A program made the translations under genes and the position numbers. The notes beneath the pieces are model-generated. The model was not told the origin of the DNA, did not search any database, and saw only the letters and a list, made by a program, of their open reading frames with translations. From positions 1 to 62,821 of the forward strand of contig JAISCL010000158.1 of NCBI GenBank assembly GCA_031265585.1: a DNA stretch of 62,821 nt. Direction: 5' to 3'. This DNA is from Tannerella sp. (GTDB taxonomy: Bacteria; Bacteroidota; Bacteroidia; Bacteroidales; Tannerellaceae). How positions within the stretch are numbered: position 1 is the stretch's first letter; each line of letters starts with the position of its first letter. Shown here piece after piece: positions 48,900 through 60,102 of this stretch.

Positions 48900-49137
48900 G
48901 TTATTGGGTAAAATGTCATGATAATTTTGCTATATTTTTACAAATAAATTACACGAATATGGCAACTCTTAAATTCCTCCATCAGGGCTTTGGGGATACA
49001 GGATTACCTTTACATAGTGCGTTGCACTATGTTATTGCTTATAAGGCTTTCAGCTTTATTTTCGGGATTAAGAATGCTTGTTTTTTTTCACCGGATATAT
49101 ATATATTTTGTTTTAGCCTGCGTGAGTTTAAACGGTT

Positions 49138-50523
49138 TTAAAATTCAAGCTTTTGTTTTAACTGTTCTGCATACTGATCTACACGGCGCATTTCCTGCGG
49201 GATATTTATTCTTTGAGGACACTTCGGACGGCACTGGTCACATTCTATGCAGTGATTGGCCTGCCTCAGTTTCGGGACACTCCGGTCGTAACCGATCAGG
49301 AATGCCCGCCGTGCTTTACGGTAGTTTTCATCCGTGGAGTTTTTCAGTATCCTTCCGGCGCTTACGCAGCGGTTATAGTGTCCGAAGACGCCCGGGATGT
49401 CCAGTCCGTAAGGGCATGGCATGCAGTACTGACATTCGGTGCACTGTATATATGCCGAATCAATCAGTATTCCCGTAGCCTGTTCCAGCATCCCGTAATC
49501 CTGTTCACTGAGCGGAACCAGGGGGGAACAGGTGCGGATGTTCTCCTGCAGATGTTCCATATAAACCATGCCGCTGAGTATGCTCAGGACGTTTTCGGGA
49601 GTGCCGGCATAACGGAACGCCCACGCTGCCGCGCTGTCGTCCGGACGGAGTTTTTTCATCATCGTGAGAACCTGTACCGGCACCCTGGCTAAACGGCCTC
49701 CCAGTAACGGTTCCATGATAATGGCCGGAACGTTCTTCTTCAATAATTCGGCATAAAGATATTCCGCATTGACATTCCTGGGAGGCTCGGCATGCCGCCA
49801 GTCCTGGTAGTTAAGTTGTATCTGTACAAAATCCCAGTGTACATCCATGGCGAGTACATAATCGAAGACCTTCACATCGCCATGGAACGACCAGCCGAGA
49901 TTGCGGATACGGCCTTCTTCCCGTTCCCTGAGGAAATAATCAAGCAGTCCGGTATGAATAAACCGGTTGTTGAAATCCTCCAGGCTACTGCCTACACTGT
50001 GCAGCAGGTAATAGTCCAGGTAATCGACCTGAAGGTGCTCCATCGACCGGTGATACATTGCGATTCCCCCTTCGCGGGTGTTGTTTCCGCGCTGATTGGA
50101 TGCTTTTGTTGCAATGAAGTACTTATCGCGGGGATGGCGTTTCAGGGCAATGCCTGTGGCGGTTTCCGACCAGCCCCTTACATATACCGGCGCCGTGTCA
50201 AAGTAATTAACGCCGTGGGCGATGGCGTAATCTACCAGTTCGTTTACGGCATCCTGGTCAACTTCTTCGCCGCTGCCATCCGCCTTCTGCCTCAACGGCC
50301 AGCGCATGCATCCATAGCCCAGGAGCGATACCGTATCTCCCGTATTATGATTTATCCGGTATGTCATTTGATCCGCCGGGACATCCTTATTGGAGGCTTC
50401 TCCTCCGGCCGGCACGGTATTTTGGGGCTTGCATCCCGTCATCGCCGCCATTGCAGCAACAGCGCCTGTTCCCCCCGCCTTCAAAAAATCACGGCGGCTT
50501 ATTTCTCTTTTTTTCTTTGTCAT
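49138..50523 (-). CDS. Tat-exported aldo/keto reductase with C-terminal [4Fe-4S] domain
   Basis: SRRDFLK, LGYGCMR, YFDTAPVY, CTECQYCMPCP, CIECDQCRPKCP. Confidence 0.92.
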   Translation of the reverse strand: MTKKKREISRRDFLKAGGTGAVAAMAAMTGCKPQNTVPAGGEASNKDVPADQMTYRINHNTGDTVSLLGYGCMRWPLRQKADGSGEEVDQDAVNELVDYAIAHGVNYFDTAPVYVRGWSETATGIALKRHPRDKYFIATKASNQRGNNTREGGIAMYHRSMEHLQVDYLDYYLLHSVGSSLEDFNNRFIHTGLLDYFLREREEGRIRNLGWSFHGDVKVFDYVLAMDVHWDFVQIQLNYQDWRHAEPPRNVNAEYLYAELLKKNVPAIIMEPLLGGRLARVPVQVLTMMKKLRPDDSAAAWAFRYAGTPENVLSILSGMVYMEHLQENIRTCSPLVPLSEQDYGMLEQATGILIDSAYIQCTECQYCMPCPYGLDIPGVFGHYNRCVSAGRILKNSTDENYRKARRAFLIGYDRSVPKLRQANHCIECDQCRPKCPQRINIPQEMRRVDQYAEQLKQKLEF

Positions 50524-50526
50524 AAT

Positions 50527-52020
50527 TTAAACCGAATGATGCCTTAGATTACCTTCTACATAGATTGCACTGAAGGGCCGGGCAGGACATAAATATTCGC
50601 AGGCGCCGCAACCAATGCAAAGTTCCTTATCTATTACAGGCGTTTTCAACGTATTTTTACTGTCAGGTTCGAGGGCGACCAGCGTAATCGCTTTTGTCGG
50701 GCAGTGCCGTTCACAATTCGTACAGGGCACCCTGTCGATGTTTACGACACAATAATCCCTGTTCCATACTGCGTATCCGATGGATATGCCCGTTTTATCC
50801 GCAACCGTGACGGGCTTTATTGCTCCGGCAGGACAGACTCGGGAACACTCGGTACATTCCGGACGGCAATACCCTCGCTCGTAAGACATTTCCGGCTGCA
50901 GGAACGTTGCGAGTTTAACGGAAGGGTGCAGTATATTTTCCGGACAGGCCGACATGCACAGCTGGCAGGCCGTGCAATGGGTTTGCATATTTTTTAGTCC
51001 CTGCGCTCCGGGAGGAACCACCGGCGTTTTCCGGTCCGGCGCTTTTTTATCTTTTATTTCGGCGAGTCCTCCGTCTACCTGTAATAACTGTTGCGCTTCG
51101 GTCACCTGTGTGAGTGCAAGCGCTCCGGCAACAGCCAGCAGGTTCCGGCGCGACAGTCCTTCCTGCGCTGATCCGCCGGCCACTTCTGCCGGCTTCTGCT
51201 TTCCTATCCGGACGGAGGTATATTTCAGGGCGTTAAAATGACATGCTTCCATGCAGTTAAAACAGGCTACACAGCGGCTACGGTCAATGCTCCGGTTTTT
51301 AGAGTCAATGCAGGACGCTTTGCAGATTCTTTCACAGCGGCCACACTTCGTGCATTTATCCGTATCGAAAGTGAGCCTGAAGATCGAAAAACGGGATAAA
51401 AAGCCAAGTACGGTTCCAACCGGGCAAACCGTATTACAGTAAGTGCGTCCGTTCAACCAGGCAAGGATTCCGATTGCAAGCAAAGTAACGGCAGCCACTC
51501 CGGACAGGATCCCGCTTTTTATCCGTACCTCGGTGGCGTAAAAAGCATAGCTGTCGACCTGCTCGGCGAACCGGGCCAGCAGGTTGTTTCCCCAGTGGAA
51601 GAGCGGGGCCGGCAGGCTTGACGCGATCCGTCCGTAGGCGGCGTAAGGGTCGAGCAAGGATACCACCGCGTTGACGCCGGCCATCGCAGCCGCGATAAAC
51701 AGGACGAGAACGCCGTAACGCAGCCACGATTTAGCCTTTGAATACCGGAAGCGGGTCTTCTTCCCCCTGCGTCTTCCCGAAAGGGCTGAAATCCCGTCCT
51801 GCAAAATGCCCAGGGGACAAATTACCGAGCAGTAGATGCGCCCGGACAGAAGCGTAATAAAAGCCAGGATGAACAGCATCATCCCGTTTACGGACAGTAT
51901 CGCCGGAATCAGCTGGATTTTCGCCAGCCAGCCGAACCACGGGTGTAACACTCCCGTAAAAACAAGCGTGATCAGTACAAAAAACAAACCGGCTGTCAGT
52001 ATTCTTATCTTTCTTATCAT
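50527..52020 (-). CDS. Membrane polyferredoxin (NapH/MauN-like TM domain fused to a multi-[4Fe-4S] domain)
   Basis: GRIYCSVICPLG, GRTYCNTVCPVG, six CxxCxxCxxxC-type motifs, internal SRRNLL. Confidence 0.9.
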   Translation of the reverse strand: MIRKIRILTAGLFFVLITLVFTGVLHPWFGWLAKIQLIPAILSVNGMMLFILAFITLLSGRIYCSVICPLGILQDGISALSGRRRGKKTRFRYSKAKSWLRYGVLVLFIAAAMAGVNAVVSLLDPYAAYGRIASSLPAPLFHWGNNLLARFAEQVDSYAFYATEVRIKSGILSGVAAVTLLAIGILAWLNGRTYCNTVCPVGTVLGFLSRFSIFRLTFDTDKCTKCGRCERICKASCIDSKNRSIDRSRCVACFNCMEACHFNALKYTSVRIGKQKPAEVAGGSAQEGLSRRNLLAVAGALALTQVTEAQQLLQVDGGLAEIKDKKAPDRKTPVVPPGAQGLKNMQTHCTACQLCMSACPENILHPSVKLATFLQPEMSYERGYCRPECTECSRVCPAGAIKPVTVADKTGISIGYAVWNRDYCVVNIDRVPCTNCERHCPTKAITLVALEPDSKNTLKTPVIDKELCIGCGACEYLCPARPFSAIYVEGNLRHHSV

Positions 52021-52045
52021 AATTGAAAATAATTAATGGCGGCAA

Positions 52046-52651
52046 TCAGGGAAGTTCCGGAAGTATTTCGTTCAGGAATATTTCCCGTTTGATGATCCGG
52101 TAATGGAGGTCATAGGCTTTGGAGAACGGTTCGCTGTGGTGTACCACATACTTGCCCTGTTCGAGCAGCGAAAAGAGCTTTTCCCGATCCTGTCCGTAAC
52201 CGGCAAGGGACAGGTTCATGGTTTGAATAACCGAATCGATCCTGTTCCATTCCATCTTCCATTCTTCGGGCGTGATGGTTTGCATATCGCTTACACTGCG
52301 TATGAAGGCATTAAAAAACACATCACGCGGGATCAGTCCTTCTTTTATCACTGACAGGTGCACCCTGTAGAAATTACTGTTGAAACCTGTCGGTTCATAA
52401 TAAACGCCACCGGCTGCCTGTTCAAACGAAGCAAGCTCCCTGTCCAGGTATGCGCCGGCGGATGCTGTGTCGCTAACGATGTGTCCGGGGCCGAAGTAAT
52501 CCTGAAAAAAATTCTTGTACAGATCCTGCAGGGTTGATTCCGGATAGCTGTTTAACTGGTTTTTGACCGCCAGACGGATCCGTTCGCTTTTTTCGTCTTT
52601 ACAGGAGATCAGGAGAAGCGCCAAAGCTGTAACGGTTATGAAACGTCGCAT
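52046..52651 (-). CDS. Conserved hypothetical lipoprotein
   Basis: LISC lipobox; QDLYKNFFQDYFGPGH and HHSEPFSKAYDLHYR; start at MRRFIT. Confidence 0.8.
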   Translation of the reverse strand: MRRFITVTALALLLISCKDEKSERIRLAVKNQLNSYPESTLQDLYKNFFQDYFGPGHIVSDTASAGAYLDRELASFEQAAGGVYYEPTGFNSNFYRVHLSVIKEGLIPRDVFFNAFIRSVSDMQTITPEEWKMEWNRIDSVIQTMNLSLAGYGQDREKLFSLLEQGKYVVHHSEPFSKAYDLHYRIIKREIFLNEILPELP

Positions 52652-52662
52652 CGTAAAGGATC

Positions 52663-54546
52663 TTATAAATTTAATGATACTCCTGCCATAAAGGTCGCTC
52701 CGGGCATCGGATAACCGGCCATTGTTTCGTATTTTTTCGCCAGCAGGTTGTCTCCTCTGAGAAAAACTTCCATCCATTTCAGCGGACGGTAAGCCGCCCG
52801 TGCATCTACCAGTGTATAGTCCGTTGTTTGGGGCGTATCTCCGGTGACGAGATAGAGCTTGTCGATCACCTGCGCTCCTGCGCTTACGGTGAATTTTCCG
52901 GGACGGTAGGTCATTCCTGCATAGAACTTATTTCTTGGCGCGCCGGTAACGGGCGTTTCCATGTCCAGATAGCTGTAGTTGGTATTCAGGCTGAGGTTGT
53001 CCCGTATCAGACAGTTCAGACTGAATTCGATCCCTTTGTTGGAGAATTGCCCTGTATTCCTGTTTTGCATACGGCTTTCACCGATCGGAACAACCTCTAT
53101 CATGTTGTCTCCCCTGATATAATACAGGGTTAATTCGGTAGACATCCGGTTGTCAAGCAGTCCCTGCGATACGGTGAAATCGTAGCTGAAGCTGCGTTCG
53201 GGCAGCAATTCTTCGTTGGCGGGAGCATACATGTACAGTTCGCGCATATTGGGTGTGCGGAAACCTTTGGAGAATGAAAATTTCAGGCTTGTCTGTTCGG
53301 CCGCTTTAAATGAGACGCCTGCCTGCGGAACCCATTCGGCGCCGTATAAACTGTGATTTTCCAGACGCAGTCCCGCTTCCAGCATAAACTTCCGGAGCTG
53401 TTGCTGGGCAAGAACGTATCCGGCCACTTCGTTTAATTTCACATGGTCGGCATAGATCTCGCTTACCGGGTCGCGATAGGCATTCCCTCCATATAGCTTT
53501 ACATCGAATCCCCCGGTAATGGTGTTGCCTTGAAACAGGTTCACCGCCTGGTATATATTTACACCACCCATATAGTCTGTTGAGTTAAAAAGATACGGAC
53601 GGGGCGTGCCTCCTTCGAAATAGCCGTCGTTAATCTTATGATCCCCCCAGTTATAGTAAAAATTTGCCGCTCCCCTGGTTTTTCCATAGTTATTTTCCAG
53701 CGAAAGTTCCGCCATGCCGCGTAAGACATCCGTTGTTCCGTCTAATAAAGGCTGGCTTTCCTGTCCCGGGACTTGCGCCTTCACTTTTGCGATATTCAGG
53801 TTGCCGGTGGATTTCCAGTTTTCGGACAAATCATACCCCAATTTAACAAATCCCGTCCACGAGTCAAAGTCGGAATTTGGACGGTGCCCGTCCGTTCGTT
53901 CGTAATTACTGCTGGCAACGCCCGAAAACCGTCCGTTACGATAGGTATCTGTTATTGTGTATCTTTGTGTGCCGTACGAACCGCCCGTCAGCCTTGCCGA
54001 CAGTCTGTTTCCGTCTTCGGTAGCCTGGCGGGTAATGATATTGATTGCACCCCCCATGGCGTTTGAGCCGTAGAGGATGGATGCAGCGCCCCGCGATACC
54101 TCCACGCGCTGGGCATCCGATGCCATATAAGCATCCCCTACGGGATGTCCGTAAATGGTTGCATATTGAGGATGTCCGTCAATAAGCATCAGTATTTGCC
54201 CTGGCCCCCCGGAGAAACCGCGCATGTTAATACCGCCTGCCGCTCCTCCCGACACGCCGTATCCGGCCATCCCGCGGGAGGTGACGAACAGTCCCGGCAC
54301 CTGTTGCATGAGTACGGGCAGTAATGCCGCCTCTTCGCGCTGTTCTATCGTACTGCGGTGTATTACCGTGACCGGAACAGGGATCACATCGCGTGGAACC
54401 GGTATTCGCGTACCGGTTACTACCACTTCGCTCAGGTTGACGGTTTCATTTCTTACCGTGTCCGGTGATGCCGCTTTACTGTTTTGAGCCATACTCATTG
54501 CTGCATACATGCAGGAGAATGTGAATAAGAATATTCCTTTCTTCAT
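52663..54546 (-). CDS. Small TonB-dependent receptor (BtuB/CirA-like)
   Basis: EVVVTG TonB box, LIDGHP, RVEVSRGAASILYGSNAMGGAINIIT plug. Confidence 0.92.
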   Translation of the reverse strand: MKKGIFLFTFSCMYAAMSMAQNSKAASPDTVRNETVNLSEVVVTGTRIPVPRDVIPVPVTVIHRSTIEQREEAALLPVLMQQVPGLFVTSRGMAGYGVSGGAAGGINMRGFSGGPGQILMLIDGHPQYATIYGHPVGDAYMASDAQRVEVSRGAASILYGSNAMGGAINIITRQATEDGNRLSARLTGGSYGTQRYTITDTYRNGRFSGVASSNYERTDGHRPNSDFDSWTGFVKLGYDLSENWKSTGNLNIAKVKAQVPGQESQPLLDGTTDVLRGMAELSLENNYGKTRGAANFYYNWGDHKINDGYFEGGTPRPYLFNSTDYMGGVNIYQAVNLFQGNTITGGFDVKLYGGNAYRDPVSEIYADHVKLNEVAGYVLAQQQLRKFMLEAGLRLENHSLYGAEWVPQAGVSFKAAEQTSLKFSFSKGFRTPNMRELYMYAPANEELLPERSFSYDFTVSQGLLDNRMSTELTLYYIRGDNMIEVVPIGESRMQNRNTGQFSNKGIEFSLNCLIRDNLSLNTNYSYLDMETPVTGAPRNKFYAGMTYRPGKFTVSAGAQVIDKLYLVTGDTPQTTDYTLVDARAAYRPLKWMEVFLRGDNLLAKKYETMAGYPMPGATFMAGVSLNL

Positions 54547-54694
54547 TTTGCTTTTCTTTTTTATTAGTTATTACTTGATATAATATTGTGCTACGATGAT
54601 TGTAAAAAGTGGCACAAATGTAAAGCAATAATTTCATTTATTAAGGTTTATGTAGGGAAAGCGAAAAATCAGGAGATAAAGGCGAAAAAAATCC

Positions 54695-54772
54695 CCAACT
54701 GCTCTGCCTGCTGGAAAACACATCGTCAAAGTACGGGCAACCGACAGGTATGGAAGATTTTTTTCGCATTAA
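54695..54772 (+). pseudogene. Possible C-terminal scrap of a calcineurin-like phosphoesterase gene
   Basis: PTALPAGKHIVKVRATDRYGRFFSH* resembles, from memory, the end of MetallophosC domains. Confidence 0.4.
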
Positions 54773-55387
54773 GTCAGTATGAAAAAAATGACTTAAATGC
54801 CTGCAAGTGTCAAACCGCTTTACATAGTTTTCGGCTGCATATTGCTTTGGAAATGTTAATCATTTATAAAACTTGCGGAGATTAAATGATCTATAAAATG
54901 AATGTATTATCTTTGGCACCGAATTTAAAAAAATTATATGATCTCCGTGAAAGCAAAATATTTGACCTGTTTTGGATTAATTAACATCATTTTGTTGGTT
55001 AGTTCGGGTTATTTCGTTAGAGAGAGCACAAAATATTCATAACAAACAAATTAAAAGGCATAAAAATACTTAACGCCTTTCTATTTTTTGTTTCCTGTAT
55101 GAATAATGTACTGTGCCTCATATTCTTCTATTTATTAACCGTTCTTATTTTTTTGGTCGAGGCAAAGATAGCGTATTTTTTTTATTTACTGAAAAAAATA
55201 AAAAAATAACAGTAGCATATAAAATAAACGAGATTTGGTTACGACACGGACACTGCTTAATGTCATAATCCCTCTTGCTATCAAAGGAATATCCGACATT
55301 TTCACCATCTGAACTTTTTTATCGGAAGCCAAGTAATTTTTCTGTATTCATGATTCTTTAATTATTCAATATTTCAATCCGGCAGCC

Positions 55388-55551
55388 CAGGGCAAACGCA
55401 TCTAATTTTTATTGTTAATTTGCAGAGAAGTTGTATCTTCCCGCAAAAACTGCTTATGGAAAGTCCTGTCAGTTATTTTTCGTCCTTAACAGATCCTCGC
55501 GTAGAGAGGACACGGGAACATTCCCTTGAAGACATCTTATTCGTCCATTAA
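55388..55551 (+). mobile_element. ISAs1-family stub (left end and first 31 codons)
   Basis: CAGGGCAAACGCAT terminus; MESPVSYFSSLTDPRVERTREHSLEDILFVH* at 55456-55551. Confidence 0.8.
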
Positions 55552-55751
55552 TATGTCTATTCGTTATAGAGCCGTTTTTTATACTGTACAGAACCGGGCC
55601 GGGTGCAGCATATCTGCATTATTTCCGGCCCAGACGGATTTTTTTCTAAAATCCCCCCCCCACTAATGGGCTATGATTATCCTGTTTTGATATTGTAATT
55701 TTGTGCCGGGAGTTATTAAGTTAAATTTACCAATTTAAAATTATATGCCTT

Positions 55752-57842
55752 ATGAAAAAGATTAGAACAATTACAGTCAGTATCTTATGCTTACCTTTCC
55801 TATTCACTGCAAACGGAACGGGAAAGGTCGGTGATGAATCGAAAGCAGCCCTGTGGCTGGCAACACAAGTGGATGAATACAGTCAGCGAATCTACGTTTA
55901 TGCGGATTACAGCGACTCGAAAAATGCGTTTACACAAAGAGGCTTTATGGGAGAAGGCGTGGGAGAACCGGTTTTAGACGAAGCCTCACGGACAGCGTAT
56001 TCGGGAATTACATCAATCAAAGTAACGGCGCCTGTCCGGAGCGGCGGATGGTCCGGCATTGTTTTTGCCAACGGCATACTGGAAAAAGGAAGCATCATCC
56101 CTCAAATGGACTGGGGGGATCATAACGCCGGAGTAAACCTGACCGGAGCGAAAAAATTAGTGATCCATGCCCGCGCAGCCGACGGCGAAACGGCATACGC
56201 CGAATTTAAAATGGGAGTGATCGGCGGCACATACCCCGACACCGGCATAAAGTCATCGGGACTGGTCAGACTTACCGACAGTTGGTCAACCGTAGAAATA
56301 AACCTTCAGGGCGTGAATTTATCCCGGATTGCGGGCGGATTCGCGGTTCTCTTCAATGACAGCAACCGGGGAAGCGCCGTAACCGTTTACATCGACGAAG
56401 TTTACTATGAAATGTCCCCCCGTTCGGGGCCGGTTTTCTTACCCAGCTATGAGCCTGTTTCCCTGGATAAGGCCAGTTCCTTTATCAATTCATACACCTA
56501 TTCGTATGATATGGCCATGACGGTACTGGCGCTCGCCCACGCCGGCAAGACGGAACAGGCGGAAAAAGTCGCCGATGCGCTCTTATTCGCTTTCGAGAAT
56601 GATCGTAAGTTCTCTGTTACAGAGCGGGGAGTGCGCAATGGATATGCTTCGGGTAATCCGACGTCGTTTCCGGGCTGGTATTCGGAAACAGGGAAAGCCC
56701 CTTTTGCAAAGCTCGCAGGCACCTATGATTTGGCGGAAAACATATGGAAAGAAGATTTCTACAGCGACAGCTATGCCACCGGAAATAATGCATGGATACT
56801 CCTTTCTTTTCTTAAAATGTACAGCGCTACGCTCAACAGTAAATACTTAGACGCCGCGATCCGGCTGGCGGACTACCTGCAAACCTTGAAAGATGATGTA
56901 AACGGAGGTTTCAGAGGGGGCTGGGACGGCTTTGACGATTCGCAGACAAAAGCAACCTACGCAAGTACGGAACACAATATTGATTTATACAGCGCCTTCC
57001 GCCAACTCGGCAATATCCTTAAAAAGACCAGTGAAACAGCAGCAGAACCCTACTATGCAGCTGCCGAACATGCTAAAAAATTTGTCTTCAAAATGTATCA
57101 TGCGGAAGAAGGATTCTTTTACACCGGCACGATGGACGACGGAGTAAATATTAATAAATCCATTTACCCTCTGGACGCAAACACGTGGGCGATACAAAGC
57201 TTTTACAGTGAGCCGGGATTTGACGCCGAAAAAGTCATGTCGTATATCGAAAACAACTTTCGCGATCCGGCGAGCGGCTTCTATAAATTCAGCGACAAAA
57301 CAACGGCCGGCTACTGGACAGAAGGCACTTACCAAAAAATCGTATCCGACCGGGTATTAGGCCATACCGTCAAATATCAGGAGCAACTGGCGCAGTTAAA
57401 TGCCTGGGCGAAACCGGACGGCAGCATCACCGCCGCCAGTATTGACGGTTTAAAAACCGGTTTTTATATAGGCGACGGTTCGGAATGGATATACGACAAC
57501 CGTGTCAGTATAGGAGCAACTGCCTGGAAAGCCCTGGCAGAACTGGGCGTCAACGTACTGGATCCCAACCTCTACCTCGACGGCGGCATGGGAAATACCG
57601 CCGGAGCGGCAATCTCGCCGATTATATTCATAAGCAGCGGAATACTGTATGCAAAAAATGTCATGGAAGGCGAAATCATCCGGATCTATTCCATCACCGG
57701 CCGACTGTTATACCAAATCCAACCGTCGGAAAGCAGCGCCGTCTACCCCGTTTCTTCATCCGGCGAGCGATTATTCATAGTAAAAGGCAGTTCTGGCTGG
57801 GCAAAAAAAGTAATGCAACAGACGCCACAATTAAATCTGTAA
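55752..57842 (+). CDS. Secreted modular protein: CBM-like beta-sandwich, (alpha/alpha)6 glycosidase-like domain, T9SS-like C-terminal domain
   Basis: Signal peptide; NLTGAKKL...VYIDEVYYE; YSYDMAMTVLAL, GNNAW, STEHNID, LDANTW, WTEGT; IRIYSITGRLL tail. Confidence 0.7.
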   Translation: MKKIRTITVSILCLPFLFTANGTGKVGDESKAALWLATQVDEYSQRIYVYADYSDSKNAFTQRGFMGEGVGEPVLDEASRTAYSGITSIKVTAPVRSGGWSGIVFANGILEKGSIIPQMDWGDHNAGVNLTGAKKLVIHARAADGETAYAEFKMGVIGGTYPDTGIKSSGLVRLTDSWSTVEINLQGVNLSRIAGGFAVLFNDSNRGSAVTVYIDEVYYEMSPRSGPVFLPSYEPVSLDKASSFINSYTYSYDMAMTVLALAHAGKTEQAEKVADALLFAFENDRKFSVTERGVRNGYASGNPTSFPGWYSETGKAPFAKLAGTYDLAENIWKEDFYSDSYATGNNAWILLSFLKMYSATLNSKYLDAAIRLADYLQTLKDDVNGGFRGGWDGFDDSQTKATYASTEHNIDLYSAFRQLGNILKKTSETAAEPYYAAAEHAKKFVFKMYHAEEGFFYTGTMDDGVNINKSIYPLDANTWAIQSFYSEPGFDAEKVMSYIENNFRDPASGFYKFSDKTTAGYWTEGTYQKIVSDRVLGHTVKYQEQLAQLNAWAKPDGSITAASIDGLKTGFYIGDGSEWIYDNRVSIGATAWKALAELGVNVLDPNLYLDGGMGNTAGAAISPIIFISSGILYAKNVMEGEIIRIYSITGRLLYQIQPSESSAVYPVSSSGERLFIVKGSSGWAKKVMQQTPQLNL

Positions 57843-57879
57843 CAAAAATTTTCAGACCCGCGGGTCATTGACCCGTCCT

Positions 57880-57907
57880 GTAGAGACGCGATGCATCGCG
57901 TCTCTAC
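57880..57907. repeat. GTAG-type REP, perfect 28-bp palindrome (degenerate copy at about 61315-61340)
   Basis: GTAGAGACGCGATG|CATCGCGTCTCTAC. Confidence 0.85.
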
Positions 57908-58086
57908 ACCTGAAATCCAGCCTTCCGGGCTATCGGAATACACAAAGTCATACTGTCGAAATCAAATTCGTCAAATTGATATTTTTGCGAAATATAATTC
58001 ACATTTCTATTTATACCGTATGCAAAAAGAGCGGATAAGGGAAAAAGCGCTACCTTTGCGGCGATAAGGATAAAATTAAGAACCGG

Positions 58087-58757
<671 letters not shown>

Positions 58758-58761
<4 letters not shown>

Positions 58762-60029
58762 CACTCGCAGATTATCTAAATTCCCGCATCACGCTGTTTT
58801 TTACGGCAGTCATGCTGCTCTGGGCGGCTGTCTACTTCCTTTTGCAGATGAAAGAAATCCACGACGGCATCGACGAGGGACTGACCAACCTCAAGCAGGA
58901 GTATATCGTCAAAGCCAATACAACGCCCGGATTTACCGAAATCCTGAAAGACAATACCCCGCCCAACTTCCATATCCGTGAAATTACGGCGGAAGAAGCC
59001 GAAGCAGTCATTGAAAGCTTCACAACAGCCCGAATCTATTTCCCTACCGAACTCGAAAAGGAAGAAGTGCGCATGCTCACCACCGCCTTTCGCTGCGAGC
59101 AGAACGGGAAATACTATCAGTTGCAGTTTTTTATCTCTACCGTCGAAAGCGAGGACCTGATAGAAAACATACTTTATCTTTTGCTGGGGCTGTGGATTGC
59201 GCTCTCGCTGACGATGTTTATTGCCGGCAAAATCATTATCACGAAAGCCAGCAGGTCGTTCTATCGCCTGCTGGACGAGCTGAAAAAATTCCATCTGGAC
59301 AACAGCCGCATGATCGACCTGCCCCCCGCCAAAATCAGGGAATACATCCAGCTGAACAGCGCCATAAAAGAACTGCTCGAAAAAAACATTCATATCTATA
59401 CCGAACAGAAAGTGTTTATCGAAAACACTTCGCACGAACTCCAAACCCCGCTTGCCATTGTCATTGCCAGACTGGAAACCTTGCTCGAAAAATACCGGAA
59501 CGATGAAACGCATGTGCAGGAACTGGCAGGCATCCTGAACGTCCTGATCCGGATGAAACGCTTAAACAGTAACCTGCTGCTGCTTTCCGGAATAAAAAAC
59601 AGGCAGTTTGCCGAAAGCCGGACGGTGAATTTGCGGAAGGCGCTGGAAGCGGTTCTCACCGAATTTGAAGACCTCGCCGCATACCGGCAAATCACCGTAG
59701 AACAGGAAGGCAATGCCTCGCCCGTACTGCAAATAAATGAAGACCTGGCGCATATTCTCCTTACCAATCTCATAAAAAACGCCATCGTCCACAATGAGCC
59801 AAACGGAAAAATTAGCATCCGTTACACCCCCGACGCCATTACGATAGCCAACACCGGAAACAGGGCGGCTGTGGCGGTATTCGACCGCTATCAGACCGGT
59901 GCGGGCAATGAAAAATCGTCGGGCATGGGGCTTTCCATCGTCAAGTCCATCGCCGATTTGTATCAAATCGACATCCATTATTGCTGCGACGGAGAAATGC
60001 ACGTTTTTGAATTAAGAATTAAGAGTTAA
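58758..60029 (+). CDS. Sensor histidine kinase
   Basis: Two TM segments, SHELQTPL H-box, NLIKNA, GMGLSIV. Confidence 0.95.
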
Positions 60030-60102
60030 GCGTTTTTTCCCAAATCTTTTCAGAATTGCCTTCTACCTTCGCCTTCGAAAATAATTTAAAGAGGAATTTA
60101 AA

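Noticed and set aside
54547-55200. Cobalamin riboswitch upstream of the TonB receptor (also checked upstream of nrdJ)
   Set aside because: No AGGGAA..GGTG / GCxACTG B12-box pattern on the coding strand.
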